From Eledone cirrhosa (lineage: Eukaryota): DNA of 64,000 nt. The notes under the pieces are model-generated. The model worked only from the letters and a program-made list of their open reading frames with translations, was not told where the DNA came from and ran no database searches. Positions 54,231 to 64,000 of the stretch are shown piece by piece. The stretch covers positions 165,292,001 through 165,356,000 of the forward strand of contig OZ024741.1 in assembly GCA_964016885.1 (NCBI GenBank). Direction: 5' to 3'. The number at the start of each line of letters is the position of its first letter. The first letter of the stretch is position 1. Position numbers and translations under genes: made by a program.

Positions 54231-56705
54231 GTTGTGCTCACATACAAACACACATATACCCAACTGTCTCTCATATATATATATTGTAAATAAAGAATAC
54301 ATATTGAAGAAAGCTCACCCTTCCATTGTATGTATGCATGTATATATGTATGTATTTACGTATATGCACACACACACACACATCCATACACATACACATT
54401 CATGTATACATTTAAATATTGACATGAAGACTGATGAAAGATGATAAAGTATTTGAGTAAAAGAAAGAGAAAGTGTATTGAAGTTTTAACTGACTTAAAC
54501 AATATAAGATTGGGAAAAAGTTTAAAAATTGGAGAGAAAGAGAGGGGTTAGGTAGAGGGGAAGGGATATAGAGTGTAAGGGGGGTGGATATAGTGGGGGG
54601 GGAGTGGATAAAGGGAGAGGTAAGAGGAGGGATTGGGTAGGAGTGATCAAGGAGAAGATGGCATAGAAGAGAGAGGAACAGAGATAGATTGAAAGAGATA
54701 GAGAGAGAAACAGAAAGATCGAAAGAGATAGAGAGAGAGAAACACAGATAGATCGGAAGAGACAGAGAGAGAGAATGAGTAACAGTGAGACGGAGAGAGA
54801 ATAAGTAACAGTGAGGGTGGGGAGAGAAAAGTCTATCTTTACATCTTAATGAGATTAAATGGTAGGAATCAATCAAGTCAGATTTTTTTTTTTTTTGTGT
54901 GTATTGCTTTTAAATAGTCTTTACTTCTTTTATTGCAATGGCTCAGTAGAAAATATTGACAATGTAGCATTGAAGACAAATGAGATGTGGCAGGAAAATG
55001 GCAATATCTGTTGCTGAACTTACAACCTTTCTTTGAGCAACTTCATCTATCTCCTCACTAAATGGTACAACTATTTTACTACTTTAGGGATACAACATAA
55101 GCAACAAATTGGTAGAATATCACATAGACTGTTTCATGGTATGTTGTTCCAACACTTTGTGTTCTCAGTTATTGAACTATTCTCGTAGTAAGGCAATGAA
55201 GTAGCAGAGTTGTTAGAATGTCAGAATGTTTCGCAATATTTATTTTGGCTTAGCAGTATTGGTGGAGTGTCAGACAACTTGCATTATGCCACAGAGTTAC
55301 GGCCCTTTACGATCTGAGTTCAAATCCTGCCAAGGTTAACTTTAACTTTTATCCTTACACAGTCGATAAAATAAAGTACCAGTAATGCACTGGGGTTGAT
55401 TTAATCAACTTTCCCCTTCCCTAAAATCGTTGGCCTTGTGCTTAAATCAGAAACTAATATTTGTTTTGCATCCCTGTGTTGTGTTCAAATCCCATTGACG
55501 GTGACTTTGCCTTTCATCCATTTAAGGTTGATAAATAAAGTTCCAGTTCACTATTAGAGTTGGTCCTGCCTTCCTTCCCCTTTGATTTGAAGAAATTGTG
55601 TCTGTGTTTAGACCCTGAGTTAGCTCCACCAGGTTTAAAGGCCAATAATATGCTGTATATCACTACAGTGCCACTATAATTCCACTTGGAGTTAAGGGGC
55701 ATGACTATCGCCATGAATGCAGCATTCATGGCTAAATCATTAAGAAGTTCACATGACAATCATCAAGTTCCAGGTTTAATCCCACTGTGTAGCATTGTGG
55801 GCAAATGTCAGTTACCATTGTCTTGGCTCTACCACTACATTTTGAAGGAAATTGGGTGGACAGAAACTGTTTGGAGGCCCCTCAGATGGACTGTACCTGT
55901 AATATAAAGGGCCAGCCTTGTCACTGTGTCACACTGAATCTCCTTAAGAATTACATTAAAGTTATTCATTTATGTGGAAAACTCACTGACTTACATGTTA
56001 ATTTAATGAGTTGGCTGTTGTGTTTTTCAAACAACTGGAACACTGAAGCTAAGAGAAGTTCATTTAATTCTACAAAACCACTGCCCTGGACTAGTACCTT
56101 GTTCTATTAACTCTAAATGTTGACCAGGCAAATGACCAAAAGAATATGAACACAAATACAAGCTAAGGTGCTTAACTCAGAGATCACTGAGTTGCCCCAG
56201 GTAGAGCTGCTACTTCTCCACATCAAGAAATCACAGCTCTGGTATCATAGACATGTAGCTAAAATGACTCAGGACAGTATCCCAAGACAGATTTAACAAG
56301 CAAAGCCAACCAACTGGCATGATGTCCAGAGGTAATCCCTGAGGAAAATAGTTGGATAATATCCATGAGCTTGGTTGGTCACGTTTGGAGATCCAGCTGA
56401 GTCAGTTGAAGATGATTGCTTCTCATAGTACTCTCTGGAAGGAGTGTCTGAGAACCCTGCTTCTACAACCCTCTCAAGAATAAGTGGGTGATAAAGGAGA
56501 GAAGTTGACTCAGACAGAATTTGAACTAAGTTCCCAGTTTCTACATGTATGTATGTTTGCATGACAACATTGTATATATATTCAAATGAATGTAAGTAAC
56601 TTCATATGCATTTGTGTAGATTTAGGAATGAATGTATATAGCAATGCTGGGGTGTTTCTAATTTTAGCTTTGCTAGTGTGTGTATATATACATAGTGATA
56701 CATAG

Positions 56706-57030
56706 TGCATGGCTTTGTGGTTAGGGTATTCAGCTCACAATCGTAAGTTCATGAGTTCGATTCCCGGCAGCGCATTGTATCCTTGAGCAAGACACTTTAT
56801 TCCACATTGCTCCAGTCCACACAGCTCATAAAAATGAGTTGTACCTGTAATTTGAAGGGTTAGCCTTGTTACATTCTGTGTCATGCTGAATCTTCCTGAG
56901 AATTATGGTAAGGGTACGCATGTCTGTGGAATGTTCGGCCACTTGCACGTTAATTTCACGAGCAGGCTATTCTGTTGATCAGATCAAATAGAACACTCGT
57001 CGGCATAACTGACGGAGTGCCTTCGATATC
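56706..57030 (+). mobile_element. tRNA-derived SINE (another tail variant)
   Basis: tggctttgtggttaggg...gagttcgattccc...ccttgagcaagacac; related decayed copy at ~55720-56040. Confidence 0.7.
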
Positions 57031-57351
57031 TGAGTGTATGTGTAAGTCCATATGTGTGTGTGTTGTGTGTGTGTATTTTATCAGCATGTGTCAGTGTGTG
57101 TCTTTGTATCAGAACATATGCATAAGAGATATGTGGATGTACATGTATGAGAACATGGTGAGCATATGTGATCATGTCAATGCATGTATGCGTTTGTATG
57201 CATATGTGTGTGTGTTTGAGTGTGCACATGAATATGTCAGATTGTGTGTATACATGTGTATGTATTCTTTTAAGCAAATATTTATGATTGCTTATGTATA
57301 TATGTACAGTATCTATGTACATGAGTGTATTTATATCACTATGCATATATA

Positions 57352-57426
57352 CAGGATGTCCCCCAAAAATGTATACACATTTTAACAGCATTCTAATAAA
57401 TGTATATACATTTTTTAGACATCCTG
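57352..57426. mobile_element. Tc1/mariner-type mini-MITE
   Basis: TA-caggatgtc...gacatcctg-TA; related half-copy at ~51130-51200. Confidence 0.65.
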
Positions 57427-60103
57427 TATCCTGTATATATATATATATATACACACACATGCACACACACACACGTTTGTGCATGTATACATATGAATAT
57501 GTGCATATATAAGTAAATATGTGTGTATGTTTGTGTGTAAATGTGTGTGAGTGTGTGTGTGTGTGTATATATGTGTTTGAGAGTGTGTGTATAAGGGAAA
57601 CATGTTAGAAACAAAACAAGCTTTAAGATTCAAAACAGGAAAATATTTGTTTCTATTTCACTGTTTCCAATAACACAGTTTCCAGAACAGATATACATAT
57701 GGAATATTACAATGAGATAGAGAGAGAGTGGGAGACGGGGTGTGGGGGTGATTGTGGTTGGGAGAGGGGTGGGAGGGTGGTGGGGTGGGAGATAGTTTTT
57801 CAGGGAAAGAGATGGAGGTGCAGGGGAAATGGTGGTGGAGGAGAAAGAAGAGGGGTAGGAACATGGTTGCAAAAGGAGAATGTAAGAGAGATATGGTGGG
57901 TAAAACGAAGGGGGGGGGGGATATGCTGGTGGAGGGGGGGGGGGGGGTAAGAGATGTGAAGGTAGATAGGCTGGAAGGTGAAAGGCGGGAAGAGAGATAG
58001 ATTGCTGCAGGGAGGGGGGTGAGAGGTGAGAAGAGAGATAGACTGGTAGGGAGTGAGGAGCCGTGGGGAGGGGGGTAATGGAGAGATGGAAGAGTAGTGT
58101 GGTAAAGACAGTGGGGGGGGGGGGGGTGCAGAGTGCTGTAAACATGACATAGGGGGTGAGGTAGTTTATAATAAAGAAAAAAGAAATCAAGGTGTGTCTA
58201 GAGAGACAGCCCAGCTCCCCTCCACACCGAATTAAACCAGAAAGTTAAAAGGTGTTGAGTTGTTTCCAAACTCTCATGTAAATAACACAACCCCACCTGT
58301 TTATGTTAGTAGACTGTAAATCAATGTAGTTCAGTGACCTCACTTTAAGAAAACACAGATGAAAGGTAAAGGTCAAATAATGTTCTAAACATACCCTTTT
58401 GGCTGCTCATTTGTCATTTAAACCCCCTCAAGGAGGGGGGGGGGTTCTGACCCCCTCACAACCCTCTGAAGAAGAAGAAGAAGAAGAAGAAGAAGAAGAA
58501 AAGGAAAAAAAAGAAAAAGAAAAAGAAGAAAAAGAAAAAAAAAAGAAAAAAAAGAAAAAGAAAAAGAAGAACCCCTAAAAAATTATCAAATTAGAAATAA
58601 ACACACCCAGTCCACTCTGAATAATGGTGCCTACACCTTGTAAGGTAGTTGGTGTTAGGAAAGGTGTCCAGCAGTAGACATCAGGCCAAATATGGAAAAT
58701 ATTTGTGAGATTGCTCTGACTCATCAGAATTTGGACCAGACAGAAAATGCCAACATAAGAAACAGCCATAAAGATGAAGATGATGCTGAAAATTGTTGGT
58801 GATAGGAAGGGCATCCAGTTGTAGAAACTAAGCAAAAAGTAATGGAATGAGTAAACTCTATGATTGTGTGAAAAGCACACAAACCTAACTAGCATTGGTG
58901 ACATGATAAAACATACTCAGTACACTCTGTAAAATGGTTGTTGATAGGATGGGCATTCAGCTATAGGAAAATTGCCAAACAAAGAGTCAAAAGGACTCTA
59001 CAATTATGTCAAAGACATGACAACCTCTTTAATGTTGGTTATAAAAATGCACCCAGTACACTCTGTAAAGTGGTTGGTGATAGGAAGGTCATTCAACCAT
59101 AGGAAAATTGCTAAACCAAGAGTCAAGAGGACTCTAGTGTTGGTTATATAAAATGTACTCAGTACACCCTGTAAAGTGGTTGGTGATAGGAAGGGCATCT
59201 AGTTATAGAAACAATGCCAAAACAATGTATGAGAGGACTCGTCAGTTATGTCAAGAGCCAAAGAATGTCTAGTCTTGGTGGCATATTAAAATAACCCTAG
59301 AACATTTTATAAAGTGATTGATGATTGAAAGGGCATTCAGCCATAGAAAAATTGTCAAACCACTAGTGCAGGGTTTTCCAAACTTTTTCAAATGCAGAAC
59401 ACTTTTCTGTTCAGAAAGTTTTGGGGGAACCCCAAAGTCTAATACTGTTATATGGTCATAATATAAATATACTCATCTACCTTTTTTTTCATGGAACCTT
59501 TGCAGAACCCACTGAACTAGAGTTTATACCATGATAAAATGCAGAGTGCAGGAACATATGGCACATGTGAGATGACGTCCTTGACCCATCTGAGAGGTCA
59601 GTAGCTCTGTTTTAGTATTGATTTGGTCTGTGATGACCCATCCAACCTTTGCTTGCAGGAAAAAATGGATTTTAAAGGATGATGATGATGATGATGATGA
59701 TTACTGTAAATCAATTTATTTCAGTGATCACATTTTGTGAAAACACATTAGCTGAAAGGTAAAGGTCAAAACATGTCCAAAATATTTCTCTTTGGCTGCA
59801 ATCTTTCAATTTGACCTCTCAATAATTTTCAAATTAGTAGCTGTTCTTTCCATTAGACTTATTTTATGTATTTCTGTCAGACACTATCTGCAATACAACA
59901 CACATGATTTAATAAATTGGCAGAGTAGATAAAGGTGTTGAACTGCCATTATATAAATTGTGGGATGAATGAAACACTATTTACAATACAGCACACGTAA
60001 TTTAATGAATTGGCAGAGTAGATAAGGTGTGAAACTACCATCACATAAGTTGTGAGATCATATTAAACTGGAGAGATTGTATGATAGTTTAGGGAATTTC
60101 ATT

Positions 60104-60322
60104 TTAACCCTTTAGCATTTACATTACTTCATATTTACTATTGTATTTTCATGGTTAACACTTTATCTCATATAATTATCTTTCATAATATCGAATCTAT
60201 GAGATTTTGATATTATTTATTTTGAGAACAATACCCTAACATCAGTATGAGCGGCCAGTTACAGCCAGTTTAAATGGAAAGAAGTGAGAGAATTCTGGTC
60301 AGTTTAAATGCTAATAGGTTAA
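60104..60322 (-). mobile_element. piggyBac-like MITE
   Basis: ttaa-ccctttagcattta...taaatgctaatagg-ttaa; opposite orientation to 60518-60744. Confidence 0.75.
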
Positions 60323-60517
60323 ACTGTCCTAATTGAAGAAAAATATTTTTTTATCTCTTATAATAGAAAGGCAGTGCTCATGACCAATTTCAAAGCCACT
60401 GAGGCTGATGGGGGAGAGAAATGTATCCTCACTCCAGAGACCCGACTATTTCTTGCAGCAAAATTAAGACTCCTGAAGGCATTAAAGGGTCAGATGGGGT
60501 GTAAACTAGGCAATGGA

Positions 60518-60744
60518 TTAACCCTTTAGGATTCAAACCGGCCATATCCAGCCAGATCTTTCACCTCTTTCTGTTCAATCTGGTCATAATCGGCTGCTCA
60601 TACTTATGTTACGGTATTTTTCTCAAAATAAATAATATCAAAATTTCATAGATTCGATATTATGTGAGATAATTAAGTGAAATAAAGCCTTCACTGTGAA
60701 AATACAATAGTAAATATAGAGTAATGTAAATGCTAAAGGGTTAA
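60518..60744 (+). mobile_element. piggyBac-like MITE
   Basis: ttaa-ccctttagg...taaatgctaaaggg-ttaa. Confidence 0.75.
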
Positions 60745-61464
60745 ATTGATTTACTGCTCAAGTCACCACAGCAGGATATGAACTTAGAACTCAAAGAACC
60801 AGAACAAATACTGCAATTCCAACAATCCACTTCTCTAAACTGGTACCTTGTTTTATTGACCACATTAGCAAAATGTTCTTGAAAAGTACAAAAGAGCACT
60901 AAAATTGCACCACATTAAGAAATAAAATCTTTAGTTTACTGCAAATGTTTACAACAATCTGTTCACTAGGAAAGTTACTATAAACATTTGAATTAATAAA
61001 CCACATTAGCAAAACATTTCTAGAAAGAACAAAACAGCATTATGACTGCATCATAAGTCTTTATAACTACAATTCTTCACAATGATCAGTCCACAAGTAA
61101 AGATAATACTATAAGTATTTCAATTAAACTACATTGGAAAGACAGCTCTATGATTGCATCATATTAAAATCTGTCACAATGATCTGTCCACTTGTGAAGA
61201 TACTATAAACATTTGAATTAACAAACTTATTTTTAGATATTTTCTGCTAAATCATATTAAGAGTCAACTTATTAACTCAGACTATGATAATCACTACTAT
61301 CATTGACACCGCCAAAGCACACACAGGCAAAGAAAACATGAAAGCCATCACTTTAACATTTACACAACAAAACTAACCCAACAACGAGGTTATCAACAAA
61401 TGTCTAAGTATGTCTGCTCTGCCCCTTGAAACTGCTTCAGTTTAGCTAAGTCCCTCTAGTGAAA

Positions 61465-61686
61465 ATGCTTTGTAGCATAGAGTTATAGCTGTTCAGGATC
61501 TGAGTTCAAATCCCGCCAAGGTTAGCTTTGCCTCTCATCCTTACGGGATTTATAAAATAAAGTACCAGTAATGCACTGGGGTCGATTTAATCGACTTTCC
61601 CCTCCTCCAAAATTGCTGGCCTTGTGGCTAATGTAAAAACAATTATATTGGTCTACTACTACTACCATCACCACTACTGCCATTAC

Positions 61687-61722
<36 letters not shown>

Positions 61723-62512
61723 CACCACTACTACTACCACCACTACCATTACAAACACTACCACCACTACTACTACTACTACCACTACTACTTAAGGCAG
61801 TCAGTTTGGCAAAGTCATTACAACATTGGATACTAGTTTCTTGTCTCTACATTCTGAGTTCAAATCCTGCCGAGGTCCACTCTGCCTTTCATTGTTTCAG
61901 GGTCAACAAAGAAAGTGCCCAGTGCTGCTACAGCTCTCGCTCCTTCCAGTTGTTATATTATAGATGTTCTCTAAAGGGTGGTGGATTGGAAGTAGCGGTA
62001 GAGGGTCAGACGCCATGCTTTGTAGCATGGAGTTAAGGCCCTTTATGATCTGAGTTCAAATCTCGCTGAGGTTAACTTTGCCTTTCATCCTTACGGGGGT
62101 CGATAAAAATAAAGTACCAGTAATACACTAGGGTAATGGCTGGCCTTGTGCCAAAAGTAGAAACAATATTAAAGATGTTCTCAGATCAAAGGAGCTGGGG
62201 TCCAGAGAGTCTCTCTGTGACCACTAGCAACTGCATGAACACCTAAAATATAGTAAAGTATACTAGTACTACCACCACCACACTCACTTTACTATCACCA
62301 TTATTGGCAGGCGGTGGTAGATTGGCAGTATCGGTAGAGGGTTAGACGCCATGCTTTCTAGCAGAGTTACGTCCCTTTATGGTCTGACTTCAAATCTCGC
62401 CGAGGTTAACTTTGCCTTTCATCCTTATGGGAGGGGCGGAGGCAATAAAATAAAGTACCAGTAATATACTGAGTAATTTGCTGGCCTTGTGCCAAAAGTA
62501 GAAACAATTATT
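61465..62512 (+). mobile_element. Cluster of SINE family B copies
   Basis: Copies at ~61465-61648, ~61978-62168 and ~62311-62512. Confidence 0.8.
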
Positions 62513-62539
62513 ACTACTACCAATTCAACCCATGCAACT

Positions 62540-62997
62540 CCCACAACGACTATTACTATTACCACCACAGTCACTACCACTACCACCACATACTACTATT
62601 ACTACTACTACTACTACTACTGCTGCTACCACAACCACAACCACCACTACTACCACTACTGTTACATCTACTACTACTACTACAGCTACTGCTACCACAA
62701 CCACCACCACTACTGTTACATCTACTACTACATCTACTACTGCTACCACCACCACCACTACCACTACTGTTACATCTACTACTACTACTACTACTACTAC
62801 TATTACATCTACTACTACTATTACTACTACATCTACTACTACTGCTACCACCACCACCACTACCACTACTGTTACATCTATTACTACTACTACAGCTACT
62901 ACTACTGCTACCACTACCACTACTGTTACATCTACTACTACTACTGCTACCACCACCACCACCACTACCACTACTGTTACATCTACTACTACTACAT

Positions 62998-63029
<32 letters not shown>

Positions 63030-63105
63030 GCTACCACCACCACCACCACCACCACCAATAGCACCACCACTACCACTACTGTTACATCTACTACTACTAC
63101 TACAT

Positions 63106-63140
<35 letters not shown>

Positions 63141-63212
63141 GCTACCACCACCACCACCACCAATAGCACCACCACTACCACTACTGTTACATCTACTACT
63201 ACTACTACTACT
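62540..63212. repeat. (CTA/CCA)n compound microsatellite with recurring ctgttacatcta unit
   Basis: Seen directly. Confidence 0.95.
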
Positions 63213-63617
63213 AGTCCATATATTAATGAGTGTAAGTGGTAAACATGCAACCATGTCTTCTTTGTATGTGGAGCTTGAGAGAAGGAATTCATAGCAAATG
63301 TTTTGGATAGTTAAGTCTGGCAGTCTACCACAGAGATAATAACCTGCCAAATAAAGAAATGCCAAATAGCATTAGATGATACATCAATACATTAGTTATG
63401 TCTTGGATTATTACAGGTTTAGGTGGGAGGGATGCAAGCAGGGGGGAAGAAGGTGGGAGCAGTTTTCTTTCTTTTTTTTTTTTTTCCTTTTAGGACACTA
63501 TAGGAGTTTTATATCTTCATTGTTTTGCCATTGTGCACTTTTATTCGACCTTATTGTAAACCCCCACTGTCCCTGTCTTTGTATTGTCCCCTTGAGGTCG
63601 GCCCTTGTGGCTATACT

Positions 63618-64000
63618 GTTGATGTTGTTGTTGTGGTGGTGGTGGTAGTGTTTGTTGCTTTTGTTACTGTGACTCTTGTTGTTGCTCTTGTTGTGGTGGT
63701 GGTGGTAGTGGTGTTGTTGCTGGTAGTGGTAGTGGTGGTGGTGGTAGTGTTTGTTGCTTTTGTTACTGTTGCTCTTGTTGTGGTGGTGGTGGTGGTAGTG
63801 GTGTTGTTGTTGGTAGTGGTAGTGGTGGTGGTGGTAGTGTTGTTGTTGGTAGTGGTAGTGGTGTTGTTGTTGGTAGTGGTAGTGGTCGTGGTGGTGGTAA
63901 TGTTGGTAGTAGTGATGGTCATGACGGTACTAGTGTTGTTGTTGGTGGTAGTGGTGGTGGTGGTAGTGATGTTGTTGTTGGTAGTGGTGGTGGTGGTGGT
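63618..64000. repeat. (GGT/GTT/AGT)n microsatellite
   Basis: Seen directly. Confidence 0.95.

Noticed and set aside
63230-63365. Minus-strand acceptor-like site (ttctttatttggcag) as a possible upstream CASK exon
   Set aside because: No reading frame resembles the CASK kinase C-lobe and there is no clear donor.

Overview
AT-rich, microsatellite-saturated animal genomic DNA. The SINE families and (TA)n/(CAT)n density look like an octopod cephalopod; this is inference. The only host-gene sequence I can support is two small minus-strand exons of CASK/LIN-2 (47449-47520 and 39999-40089), so most or all of the window is probably CASK intron. The rest is transposon debris: tRNA-derived SINEs, RTE, CR1, R4/Dong-like and CRE-like LINE relics, a Neptune-type Penelope-like element (PLE), a Helitron, hAT, Tc1/mariner and piggyBac-type MITEs, and 27-bp and 48-bp minisatellites. 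The unexpected signal is a dense set of hammerhead ribozyme (HHR) motifs from several unrelated non-coding elements sitting next to (TA)n tracts. Three copies (10384-10449, 11009-11074, 12313-12378) have the hammerhead's conserved strands in a non-circularly permuted, pseudoknotted order, with compensatory base changes between copies. There are also retrozyme-like units of about 625 nt and 540 nt and a fold-back with ~250-bp arms carrying two hammerheads. All long ORFs in the track other than the retroelement relics are repeat artefacts.
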